Shown one piece after another: positions 10,181 through 21,847 of a stretch of DNA of 57,370 nt. This stretch comes from Macrostomum lignano (lineage: Eukaryota), in NCBI GenBank assembly GCA_002269645.1, contig NIVC01002654.1:1-57370 (forward strand), in the 5' to 3' direction. Position numbers and translations under genes: made by a program. The notes under the pieces are model-generated. The model worked only from the letters and a program-made list of their open reading frames with translations, was not told the origin of the DNA and searched no databases. Position 1 is the first letter of the stretch. Each line of letters begins with the position of its first letter.

Positions 10181-11479
10181 TTTTATACCAATTTTAAACA
10201 TCCGCGTCATATGGTTTGAATTCAATTTTTCCGGTTTCAACTTTTTTTCTGTCTTGGTTTGGCTGTGCTTTTCTCGTTTAAGCTGCAACATTGCTATTGT
10301 CTTAATTTACCGTGTGAAATCTTTTCCATTTCTAGCGATTATTTCTGAGCAGCTGTTAGCAGTGTAACTATATAAAGTACATGTTTATATTGGTTACTTA
10401 TATCTACTACTTGTGAAAGACGCACAGCTTATGTTAAACCAGCGGCTGCTTAGCAGAGATGAATATTGTGAGCAAAGTTGGTAATAATGTTATTTTTACT
10501 CGCTAAATATATCAGATGCAACTTGCACAACTATCTCTATCACATAAAAAACGTTAAAGATTTTGTTTCAATAATTTCATCAATAAAGATTTGCGCCTAG
10601 CGAATAGGACTAGAAGTGGTTTGCAGTGAAACGCAGTGTGTATTTTAAAAATAAAACAGACACAACAAATTAAACAAGCGTAATAAAACTTACTACTACT
10701 GAAGATAGAAGTTATTAGTAGTAAGTAATGCAACCAGTAGCCAAAAAAGACGTGCGTGCGTAAGAGAGAATGTTTTTATCTACTGATACGATTCAGCAGA
10801 TTCGTGCACTTATATATTTTTAACTTATTTTAACAAACACGATTGACAGATAAGACTATTGGACTGGAATCCAGTCAGACCTTTATCCAGTCAGTCTCGT
10901 ACTGAAGAGTAGTACAGGCAATACGCATTGTAAAAGTACGCGTGTACTTTACTATTGCAAAAGTACATGCGCACTTTACTTGATCAAAAGTTGTGTACGT
11001 TTGTACACACGCAAGCCAAATGTACATGCATTATAGGGAAAAGTACCTCTAGTACTTAACCGAGAAAAGGAGCAATAATAAAATGAAGATTCGCTAAGTG
11101 TAATGAGTCATAGTATGGATACAAATCAAACTCAATAAGAGCACTAAGAAGCCGTAAAAATTCGAATACTTCGCACAAAGAGTAAAGCGTGGTGAGTTCT
11201 GTCCTGACTCCAGTCTGATCCATCACAAACTTAAGTTATATATTCTATTAAAGAGCAATAATAAAGGATTAGTTTAACAACAATTCGACAGCTGATGAGG
11301 ACTGAGGGATGCCGTTAACAGAAGATATCCGCATTATAAGTATAGTTTTGTAAGATCTGCATACGCTATTGAACAGAATCATTAAATTAAAATGTTTTCT
11401 GGGTGTTGAATAAAATGAAGGAATTGAAGAAATAAAAACAGTGTGCGGAAACAGAGGAAAAGACAGGTGGATGGATAAA

Positions 11480-12110
11480 AAGACTAAACACGGTGGTATT
11501 AACGGAACAACACATGAATGGGAAGGACGCAGGGAGATGAAGGGAAGAGACTGAAATAAGGGAAGAAGAGAAGAGACACAGTGAGATGAGAACAGACACA
11601 GGGAGATGAAGGGAAGGGACGCAGAACGATGAGAAAAGACACAGTGAGATGAAGGGAAGAGACGCAGGGAGATGAAGGGAACAGACCCAGTGAGATGAAG
11701 GGAAGAGACTGAGGTGAGGAGAACAGACACAGTGAGATGAAGGGAAGAGACAGTGAGATGAGGAGAACAGACCCAGTGAGATGAAGGGAAGAGACACGGT
11801 GAGATGAAGGGAAGAGACACAGTGAGATGAAGGGAAGAGACAGTGAGATGAGGAGAACAGACCCAGTGAGATGAAGGGAAGAGACACGGTGAGATGAAGG
11901 GAAGAGACACAGTGAGATGAAGGAGACAGGTCCAGTGAGATGAAGGGAAGAGACACGGTGAGATGAAGGGAAGAGACACAGTGAGATGAAGGAGACAGGT
12001 CCAGTGAGATGAAGGGAAGAGACACGGTGAGATGAAGGGAAGAGACACAGTGAGATGAAGGGAAGAGACAGTGAGATGAGGAGAACAGACACAGTGAGAT
12101 GAAGGGCACA
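11480..12110. repeat. Minisatellite, about 23-bp unit (gagatgaagggaagagacacagt), about 27 copies, directly 3' of the CRELD stop.
   Basis: Direct inspection. ORFs 11269-12109 are repeat artefacts. Confidence 0.85.
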
Positions 12111-12112
12111 GG

Positions 12113-12450
12113 TTATCTCCTGCCGGCGTGCAGGTAGACCCTATCCAGCACAGAGCTCTGCTTGCACAGATACCAACCAGCCAAGCAGGCGGCCACTGTC
12201 ACAGGCGCTGGCCGACCCTTCACCGCCACAGCGAACACAGCCAGGCCAACGATAGCGCCGAAAAACTTAGCAAACTCGATGCTGTAGGCCACTGTCCAGA
12301 TCAGCTTAGGCGGCTTGCCTTTCTTATTGCCCGACTGGCCTTTTTTAGTCTGCTTTGAGTTGGCCGACTTCTTGCTTGACGCTGCCGGTTTTGGCACGCA
12401 TTGACTGCCCGAGCGCTGGTAGCCTGGCTGGCAGTCGCACCGGTAGCTGC
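12113..12450 (-). CDS. CRELD: CRELD (cysteine-rich with EGF-like domains) exon 4: end of the second cbEGF, a polybasic linker, two C-terminal transmembrane helices, and the stop.
   Basis: Acceptor ttccacag|GCAGCTAC. The join ...CVNLPG|SYRCDCQPGYQRSGSQCV completes a cbEGF exactly. The tail FFGAIVGLAVFAVAVKG...AGWYLCKQSSVLDRVYL aligns with human CRELD1 FFGIIICALATLAAKG...TGYWLSERSDRVLEGF. Stop at 12113-12115. Confidence 0.75.
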
Positions 12451-12479
12451 CTGTGGAACAGGGATGAGACTAGAAATGA

Positions 12480-13620
12480 GTCTAGGAATGAAGTCTGAGG
12501 TAAGATCGGACAGATAGAATACAGGGTCGGACAGATAGAATCCAAGGTCGGACAGATAGAATTTAGGGTCAGACAGATAGAATACAGGGTCGGACAGATA
12601 GAATCCAAGGTTGGACAGATAGAATACAGGGTCGGACAGATAGAATACAGGGTCGGACAGATAGAATCCAAGGTCGGACAGATAGAATCCAAGGTCGGAC
12701 AGATAGAATTTAGGGTCGGACAGATAGAATCCAAGGTCGGACAGATAGAATCCAAGGTCGGACAGATAGAATCCAAGGTCGGACAGATAGAATCCAAGGT
12801 TGGACAGATAGAATCCAAGGTCAGACAGATAGAATCCAAGGTTGGACAGATAGAATCCAAGGTCGGACAGATAGAATACAAGGTCAGACAGATAGAATCC
12901 AAGGTCGGACAGATAGAATCCAAGGTCGGACAGATAGAATACAAGGTCAGACAGATAGAATCCAAGGTCGGACAGATAGAATTTAGGGTCGGACAGATAG
13001 AATCCAAGGTCGGACAGATAGAATTTAGGGTCGGACAGAAAAAATCCAAAGTCAGACAGATGGAATCCAAGGTCGGACAGATAGAATTTAGGGTCGGACA
13101 GATAGAATCCAAGGTTGGACAGATAGAATCCAAGGTCGGACAGATAGAATCCAAGGTTGGACAGATAGAATCCAAGGTCGGACAGATAGAATCCAAGGTT
13201 GGACAGATAGAATACAGGGTCGGACAGATAGAATACAAGGTCGGACAGATAGAATCCAAGGTCGGACAGATAGAATTTAGGGTCGGACAGATAGAATCCA
13301 AGGTCGGACAGATAGAATTTAGGGTCGGACAGATAGAATCCAAGGTCGGACAGATAGAATTTAGGGTCGGACAGAAAAAATCCAAAGTCAGACAGATGGA
13401 ATCCAAGGTCGGACAGATAGAATCCAAGGTTGGACAGATAGAATCCAAGGTCGGACAGATAGAATCCAAGGTCGGACAGATAGAATCCAAGGTCGGACAG
13501 ATAGAATCCAAGGTTGGACAGATAGAATCCAAGGTCGGACAGATAGAATCCAAGGTCGGACAGATAGAATCCAAGGTCGGACAGATAGAATCCAAGGTCG
13601 GACAGATAACATCCAGAGTC
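12480..13620. repeat. Minisatellite, 21-bp unit (gtcggacagatagaatccaag), about 54 copies, filling CRELD intron 3.
   Basis: Direct inspection. ORFs 12301-13698, 12345-13655 and 13060-14046 are in-frame artefacts. Confidence 0.9.
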
Positions 13621-13631
13621 GGACGGCTCAC

Positions 13632-14102
13632 CTGGCAGGTTAACGCATCTCTCATACGGCCCCGTACAGTGTGGACTGTCCGGGCTGCATTCGTTCACGT
13701 CTTGACAACCGGATCCGGTGGTCGCGGGTTCGAATCCTGGCGAACAGGCGGTGCAGCCGGCCTGGCCGGGTCCGGAGCAGGCGGAGCAGGCCCGGTCGCA
13801 GTCGCCGCACCGGTAGCTGCCGGGCAGGTTCTCGCAGAAGCTCCTCGGCCCACTGCACGGACTGCGGGTCTGGCATTCGTCGATATCAACACACGCGGCT
13901 CCGTCAGCTTGCTGGACTGTCTCGTAGCCGTCGGCGCACTGATCGCACTGGGTGGCCAGCGGACCGGTGCAGGCGCTTCGACAAGCCGGGCTGCAGGCTT
14001 TGCATTCGCCGTTGCTCTCGCCGTTGGCGCGGTAGTATTTGGCTGAGCAGTCCGAGCACTGAGCACCTGAGTAGCCCGGGTGACAGTCACATGCGCCAGT
14101 GC
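13632..14102 (-). CDS. CRELD: CRELD exon 3: EGF/furin-like repeats and cbEGF (TGACDCHPGYSGAQCSDC...CVDIDEC...CQDVNECSPDSPHCTGPYERCVNLPG).
   Basis: Acceptor tccaaatatcag|GC and donor CCAG|gtgagc. The 471 nt have no stops and align collinearly with human CRELD1 SGHCDCQAGYGGEACGQC...CVDIDEC...CLDVDEC. Confidence 0.85.
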
Positions 14103-14379
14103 CTGATATTTGGAATTATAAGGGAGATTGCTTCACTGGTAAACACCTGTCACGGTTAGCACTTAGCAGTTTAGCTGCAACTGGAGGGCAAAGGCCCAAT
14201 CAGTTTACAGTACAGACAGAAATAATCTGTAAACGGACACAGACATGAACTCAGGGCAGACACAGACAAACTCAAAGTGGACACAGACAGACTCAGAGAA
14301 AACAGGCACACTCAGAACGGACAGACAAACTCGAAGTAGTCATAGACACACTCAGAGAGGACACAGACACTCAGAAAAG

Positions 14380-15560
14380 GAGAGGACACAGAAAATCTAC
14401 AACGGACACAGACAATCTACAACGGACAAAGACAATCTACAATGGACGCAGACAATCTATAACGGACACAGACAGTCTATAACGGACACAGATATTCTAA
14501 CAACGGACACAGACAATCTACAATGGACACAGACAATCTACAATGGACACAGACAGTCTATAACGGACACAGACAATCTACAACGGACACAGATATTCTA
14601 ACAATGGACACAGACAATCTACAACGGACTCAGACAATCTACAACGAACACAGACAATCCACAACGGACACAGACAATCTACAACGAACACAGACAATCT
14701 ATAACGGACACAGACAATCTACAATGGACACAGACAATCTACAACGAACACAGACAATCTATAACGAACACAGACAATCTATAACGGACACAGACAATCT
14801 ACAATGGACACAGACAATCTACAACGGACACAGACAATCTACAATGGACACAGACAATCTACAACGGACACAGACAATCTACAACGGACACGGACAATCT
14901 ACAATGGACACAGACAATCTACAACGGACACAGACAATCTACAACGGACACAGACAATCTACAATGGACACAGACAATCTACAATGGACACAGACAATCT
15001 ACAACGGACACAGACAATCTACAACGGACACGGACAATCTACAATGGACACAGACAATCTACAACGGACACAGACAATCTACAATGGACACAGACAATCT
15101 ACAATGGACACAGACAATCTACAACGAACACAGACAATCTATAACGAACACAGACAATCTATAACGGACACAGACAATCTACAATGGACACAGACAATCT
15201 ACAATGGACACAGACAATCTACAACGGACACGGACGCAGACAATCTACAACGGACACGGACACAGACAATCTACAACGGACACGGACACAGACAATGTAC
15301 AACGGATACGGACACAACGGACGGTCGGACACAGACAAACTACAACGGACACAGACAATCTACAACGGACACAGACAATCTACAACGGACACAGACAAAC
15401 TACAACGGACACAGACAATCTACAACGGACACAGACAATCTAAAATGGACACAGACAATCTACAACGGACACAGACAATCTACAACGGACACAGATAGTC
15501 TAACAACGGACACAGACGATCTACAATGGACACAGACAATCTACAACGGACACAGTCCCA
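14380..15560. repeat. Minisatellite, 21-bp unit (cggacacagacaatctacaa), about 56 copies, filling CRELD intron 2.
   Basis: Direct inspection. ORFs 14245-15652 are artefacts. The unit is related (about 65%) to the intron-3 unit. Confidence 0.9.
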
Positions 15561-15566
15561 GCTCAC

Positions 15567-15717
15567 CGGTCCGAGTCCCGTTCCCATTGCAGTCGCCGCG
15601 GCCGCCGGAGCAGTCGGGGCAGGGCGCGCACTCCGGTCCCCAGCGGCCGTAGACGCAGCAGGCGGCGGTGCCGTTGACGCAGACAGAATCGCGCAGGCTG
15701 GCAGAGGTCGGGTTGGC
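15567..15717 (-). CDS. CRELD: CRELD exon 2 (ANPTSASLRDSVCVNGTAACCVYGRWGPECAPCPDCSGGRGDCNGNGTRTG).
   Basis: Acceptor ctctcccgcag|GCC and donor CGGACCG|gtgagc. It matches human CRELD1 LCSDSLKLCCPAGTFGPSCLPCPGG...CEGEGTRGG. The phase joins exon 3 to give CNGNGTRTGGTGACDC. Confidence 0.85.
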
Positions 15718-15929
15718 CTGCGGGAGAGATGCCCGAGTGTTTTGGATTTTTTGGTAATTCAATAAAAGAAGAGGCTGATGAGAAATCAGCTTTAGGTAAC
15801 GGACAAAAAGTCTGTCAAGTTTATATCCTCAAAGATTTTGATTGTAAAATTTCTGTATTTTTTATCACATCCAATGCTTAATAACATTTTCAAATATAAG
15901 ACATTCCTTAAATCCCGAGACACTCCTGA

Positions 15930-16160
15930 CATTCCAAGAAATTTCCCACACCCAGACATTTCCCACACCCCAGACATTTCCCACACCCCAGACATTTCCC
16001 ACACCCAGACATTTCCAACACCCCAGACATTTCCCACACCCCAGACATTTCCCACACCCCAGACATTTCCCACACCCCAGACATTTCCCACACCCCAGAC
16101 ATTTCCCACGCCCGACATTTCCCACACTACAGACATTTCCCACACCCCAGACATTTCCCA
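15930..16160. repeat. Satellite, about 17-18-bp unit (ccccagacatttcccaca), 5' block, in CRELD intron 1.
   Basis: Direct inspection. Confidence 0.85.
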
Positions 16161-16164
16161 ACCG

Positions 16165-16603
16165 CAGAGACATCAGGGCGGTTACCATGGCCCTCTCGGG
16201 TCATGGCTGCTTTGCCAGGCATCGTTACCTCCAGGAAAAAATCCGCAGTGAGGAATGCCCTTTCTGCCTCTCCGGTGTCGAGAATGCGGAGCACTTCATC
16301 TGTGAATGCCCCGCCTTTACTCAGGACAGGCTCACCTACCTCGGCCCAAACCCGGACCTCTCCGACGTTTTCAGGCCCGAGAATCTCTGCCAGCTCGTCC
16401 GCTACCTAAGGGCTACCGGGCGAGCGACAATCCACCTCCTGGACTCTCCGGAGGGGGACCGCGCTGCGGACGCCGGCGCCACCGGAACTCCCTGCGCGAC
16501 ACCGCAGCACTAGCTGCCCGTGGTCGCCAGGGGTTAGCGAAATGGGCGGCAACGCCTCCTCGCTGTTTCCGGACGCACGGAGCCCCCTGCAGCTAAGTCA
16601 AGT
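16165..16603 (+). mobile_element. 5'-truncated non-LTR retrotransposon (Jockey/CR1/L2-type LINE) 3' end: the ORF2 C-terminal Cys/His motif plus 3' UTR, embedded in the satellite.
   Basis: ORF 16187-16513: ...ALSGHGCFARHRYLQEKIRSEECPFCLSGVENAEHFICECPAFTQDRLTYLG. The tGHg.F..YL......C..C....E...H....CP....R signature is characteristic of the ORF2 C-terminus in Jockey/CR1-group LINEs. The terminal 45 bp (ctgtttccggacgcacggagccccctgcagctaagtcaagtaag) recur at about 56305-56350. Confidence 0.65.
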
Positions 16604-16604
16604 A

Positions 16605-17065
16605 AGACATTTCCCACACCCAGACATTTCCAACACCCCAGACATTTCCCACACCCCAGACATTTCCCACGCCCGACATTTCCCACACTACAGACATTTC
16701 CCACACCCAGACATTTCCCACACCCAGACATTTCCAACACCCCAGACATTTCCAACACCCCAGACATTTCCAACACCCCAGACATTTCCAACACCCCAGA
16801 CATTTCCAACACCCCAGAAATTTCCCACACCCCAGACATTTCCCACGCCCGACATTTCCAACACCCCAGACATTTCCCACACCCCAGACATTTCCAACAC
16901 CCCAGACATTTCCAACACCCCAGACATTTCCAACACCCCAGACATTTCCCACACCCCAGACATTTCCAACACCCCAGACATTTCCCACACCCCAGACATT
17001 TCCAACACCCCAGACATTTCCCACACTACAGACATTTCCCACACTACAGACATTTCCCACACCCC
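16605..17065. repeat. Satellite, about 17-18-bp unit (ccccagacatttcc[c/a]acac), 3' block, in CRELD intron 1.
   Basis: Direct inspection. ORFs 16542-17141 are artefacts. Confidence 0.85.
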
Positions 17066-17303
17066 AGACATTTTCCACATCCCGGACATCTTCAACCTGA
17101 GATAGCTCCCACATCCCAAGCATTTCCCACATCCCGGACACTTCTTACCTCATACAATTCAATGTCCCAGACATTTCTCACGTCCTAGAAAACTGCGGCA
17201 ACACTAGAAATTGCCGAACAAACCCCCGGGAAAACCTTTAAGTTTTTAAAATTGTTGAACGCTTCAAAACTTTGGCACAAATCCGAAATGAACTTTCACC
17301 AAC

Positions 17304-17669
17304 CTTGAAAGCGCCAAACCAGAACTTCTCAATGTCCTCTTCAATCTTCTCTAGCATAGCGTGACACTCGCTAGAGGTCACACCGTCCATCTCATTGTCT
17401 TTGTCCTTGCAAAGCCGGTCTGTGATGTCCACCAGCCGGGTCTCGCTGAGCGCATAGGTGCCCAGCCGGGTCTCCTCCCAGTTGGTGTTGCCGCCACCAA
17501 AGTTGTCCCGAGCGGTTCGCTCCAGGCCTCGCTGGAATGCGGCAGCAATGGCGCTGCACGCTCGGCATTGGGAGCTGAGCTGTTGAGAATCTGGGCTGCC
17601 TGATCGGGCCACATGGGATATGAGTGACAGCAACAGGCCTAAAGATGCCAGTTGGTGAATGAGTGGCAT
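17304..17669 (-). CDS. CRELD: CRELD exon 1: signal peptide (MPLIHQLASLGLLLSLISHVA) and the WE/DUF3456 domain (CRACSAIAAAFQRGLERTARDNFGGGNTNWEE...SETRLVDITDRLC...FWFGAFK).
   Basis: ORF 17238-17705 (-). The track start at 17705 is a TTG; the first ATG is at 17669. Donor AAG|gttggt at 17303. Strong match to human CRELD1 CHTCRGLVDSFNKGLERTIRDNFGGGNTAWEE...SETRLVEVLEGVC...WWFH. Confidence 0.8.
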
Positions 17670-20600
17670 AGTTGAATTTTGGCTGCCTGTGTCTGAATCC
17701 TTCAAGCATGAAATGTTGTGGTAAATTGGTCTAAATAAGCAATTCAGTTTAAACTATCAAACTGCAATTTACAGCCAGTATTTTAAAAACAATAAGTAAA
17801 TAAAATAATTTTTTGTAAGGCTGGCTTAGTAAGGCATAGTAAGGCTAACCACTGCTTATTAGATAGGGTCTTCTGTGTAACTTTTTAAAAATTATATACC
17901 AATTAACCAATATGCTATATTGGGTCTTTTTCTGTGGGTACAGTTATAGTCAAATTTTTCTTTCTTCTATATTGGCAACCATAGGAACAATTGCCTCTAT
18001 CTACAATGCACATTCAAGTTTCATTAGATGTGTAAATCTAAATTTTTCTTTTATGACTTCTAATTTCCTCTGATTTGGCATTTAATTCTAGTTTAGAAAA
18101 AGATTAAAGCAGATTAAATAAATTTTTAATTAAATCATTAACATTATAGCCAAACAATTCTTAGATATTTAGTATAGGCAAAAGTAGACTCATAAGCTTA
18201 GTAAGGCCTCATATGTAAGCCTCAGAAGCAAGGTACCCTAGTACTTACAGAAATCCTAGGCTTTGGAGAGATGTTTGATACCTTAGTAACAAGCTTTTAA
18301 CTGGTTATAGAACTGCCCAATAATACAACTAATATCTTAATTGCATATAACAACCCTGCCTAAAGTAAGAATCTCCATGAGATTGTTAAATCTAGGAATT
18401 TTTTGAATATGCTAAGCTAAAACATTGCTATTTCAAGCATAAAATTCATTCATTAATTAGTTTGTTAACTAAGAAAGAGGGTCACTCTTTTGTCATAAAA
18501 AATGTGGAATATAGGAGCCTAAACTTTTCTATAGAAAATAGGTACAGTTGTAAAGTCAAAATTTTTCATTGAAAACAAAATTTTCAGCAAGGTATATTTG
18601 TAGAAATCTAAGGGTACATAAAAAGAGAATAATATTTTAATGTTTCCAATTAAAATTTACATTGGCATTGTCGTTCTATATCTAGATATGCTTAATTTTT
18701 TCTTTTGTATGATTTCTAAAGAAAAAAATGATTTCAAACTTCCAAAAACTATATATAACAACATAACTACTTGCAAAACTACATATACAGAGCAAATATT
18801 TTAGGAATAAATCTGTCACTTATTAAGTTCTCAACTATATCAAAAAAGTAATGTTTTACTAGGGGCAGTAGGGCCTAGGCCAATTTAAAATAGAATCTAA
18901 ATCTAAGAAAAGAAAAAAACAGACTTTTGAAGGTTTTCAATACTAAATTGCAAGACAAATCGAATAATAAAAGTCTTGAAATCCAAGATTTTGCCACTCT
19001 TGATGAAATTTGGGCTCAAATATTACAGGTATAAGGCAAGAGTAACCGTATTAATATTTAGTGTAAAATGCCCTGTCATATAATCAGTTTAATAAATGCA
19101 TAACTAAAAGCATTTTTATACACTTTATGCTAGTTCCTAACATATAATCCTAGCTTTAGAGCTAGAATCTAAAATTTAGAGCATATAAAAAGTTCCTCAC
19201 GAATGAAATTTAGGTACCAAAATACTTCTGTTCTGCTTGCACTTGTACGTTTTAATGAAAAATCCACTAACTCAATCTTCTACTAAACTAAAGTTAAGTT
19301 CTAGATTTCTAACTTAACTTGTTACCCGTTATAGATTAAAACCGAATATGTATCTATCATTAAAATAATACCTTTCTGGACAAATCCTAATGCCTCGCGT
19401 CACAGTATAAATTAATTAAATATACAGTTTTTAGAAATCGAATAACCTTTTCTTAGAAAGAAATTATAAAGTAAATTATCGCCATTTCGTGGCATCGATA
19501 ACGTTTGAAAAACGCATGATTAAAAGAAATAAGAACATGAAAGTTAGCACTCACATAAGATTAGCGACATGAATTTCGACTTGGGTCAGACATATTCAGG
19601 CTCATAAGTGTAATGAATGTGCGATCGAGAGAAAACCTGTGTTTGTCAAAAGTATCAGAAAGCATATATAGTATGCATTAGTCAAGCGAGATGCGATCGG
19701 GGGGCTAAGAAATCGATAGCAATAGCAACGTAGATGATTGGGAGACGGGGTGGCTGGGGTGCAGGTGAGCATACAATAAAATACAATTACACATACATAC
19801 GGACTACTATATAAACGACAATTAAGTAGTCCGTACACGTACAGTCGTACATCACTGACAATACGGAAATACAAACGATTGGTACACGTGTATTTATTAA
19901 TTGATAAATTTTGACGAAAATGTGTCAATAAAAGTCAAAATATTGTCCATTAATTGATAAAGTCAATTGCTATTGCTAAAGTCTTGCAAAGAGCTGAAGG
20001 TGTGGCACTAAAATGACTTCGCTAAAATGAGTGCCTGCGGCGCTAAAATGAGTGCCTGCAGCGCTAAAATGACTACCTGCGGCGCTAAAATGAGCGCTGA
20101 CAACACCTATTCTGAAAATAGTACATGTAGGAATTCAGTCATGTACAAATTCTTGGCTTTGTCCCCCGGGCGGTACATGTACGTTATTTCATGCAGTTTG
20201 TCGAGAGAATGTCGCACTGTTGCCTGCATGGCGCTGCAAGCACCTTACCGGCAAGCTGGACATGCAAGTACGTTAATTTCGTCGACTGCCCACAGGCTTC
20301 CGCGCCCTTGTGACTCTGCTATCATATATTCTTCATGAGTCGTTTTTATATCAGCTAGTATTGCTGTTGTTTGTGTGAATCTCAGGTCTTTGTTCAGAGC
20401 AAACATTTGAAATAGTTTTAAAGAAAACGAGGGCCAACCTCAAAGCAGAGATTCTACGTCTCCTGACGATGAGAGAGAGTCAGGACCACTATACGCCCTG
20501 TGTAAGCGCGCTCGGAGTTCGGTGGAACGGAACAGTTGTTCAAGGACGACTACCATCGGTATAAATTGATTTTAATAAAATCTTGGACTAAAGGATCGCC

Positions 20601-21847
20601 ATTAATAAATCTCGGTTATGATAAATAGGTCAGGCTTGAATTAAATTACAGCCTATGCGAATAGATATACGAGCGTACAAGGGCAGATAAAATATTCGAA
20701 ATTTGAGAAGGTTAGGATATGACAGTCTGCCGAGCTAATAAACGAAAGTAACGTCTCAAGATTCAAAGAACCTGAACTATATAGCGCTTCTCCCGAACAT
20801 ATGCCAAATATTCTCGAACTAATTTGCACCTTCTCGGTTACATATTCACTGTAGAGGCCAAAATTATCGAGCGCAACTTTAAAAAACTATTAAGTTGCAT
20901 TAGCCAAAAAGAAAAAAAAGTATTTGCCAATGACCTGGAAATGGGGTGCTGCTGCAGGTGCAAATTAAGAAAGCGTACCGAAGCATGTCAGGCGGTTCTG
21001 GCGAATTCTGAGCTTTATTTTGAATAATTATCGAATTACGTGACAGTGCACGACCAATTTATAGCTTTCTGAATTTGAAAATTAGCGCAAAAAGCAAGAC
21101 AATTAAACAAATTAAACGTCAGGGCAAGAGGCTTTAAGCGAAACAATTTTAAAGCAGAAAGTCAAAGCAAATGGTTCTATGCAAATAAGAGCTTTTACGA
21201 GAGCTTCATAAAAAACACAGGGAATACTGGGGGGTTTGAAAGATCAATTCTATATTTTCTCACCCTACGAATGATCGTGCAAAAAGATAAACACAAAATC
21301 AAATGTTGGAAGTAAAAAAATAAAACGCTTTCACTGAATTAAAACGGTGCAACACGCTCTAAAATGGTGTACAACAAAAGCTGGCATTTCATGAGGTTTC
21401 GGGCTGGTAAAATAAAACCCCTTTTTTGTAAGAAATGAAAAAAATTCAGGGACTATTAAATCGTACTAAAGAGACAACTATTTTTCTGCTGTCAGCTTTA
21501 GCTCTACAGTGTTTTGTACAATGATAGGAAAAGAGAACTAATGCGCTTTGAATTGCAACTTTGGGGATCGGTACATAAGGAAGATTCTTGGACCGGGAAT
21601 GACTGTCATCGCTGCATGGTCGATGTGAATCGCTAAAATATTATATGTGTTCGATACACAAGCGTAAAGTGCAGTATAATTAACCTATAGTTTTGCGCTG
21701 AAAGAACGTCCTTATACAATTGTGGAATGTCCGATTACTCACTTGAGTGCATTTCAATATTTCACCACACAAACACTTTGAGATCATTCTTTCAGCGCAG
21801 TAAAAAGCATTGCCAAACCGCTACTTCAAAGTGATACGTTATAAATC

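Noticed and set aside
12301-13698. 465-aa and 436-aa minus ORFs, and a 328-aa plus ORF, through the 21-bp array. Similar long ORFs occur at 14245-15652, 11269-12109, 8713-9469, 39256-40740, 51168-51868 and 52167-52867.
   Set aside because: Repeat unit lengths divisible by 3 (or low stop frequency) give stop-free frames. The translated products are perfect peptide repeats with no domain signature and lie inside demonstrable introns or flanks.
17670-17705. Upstream 'MKDSDTGSQNST' extension of CRELD; likewise the 24420 start of the MCT ORF and the 44586 start of the POU ORF.
   Set aside because: The track uses alternative start codons (TTG/GTG). The first real ATGs are at 17669, 24360 and 44598 respectively.
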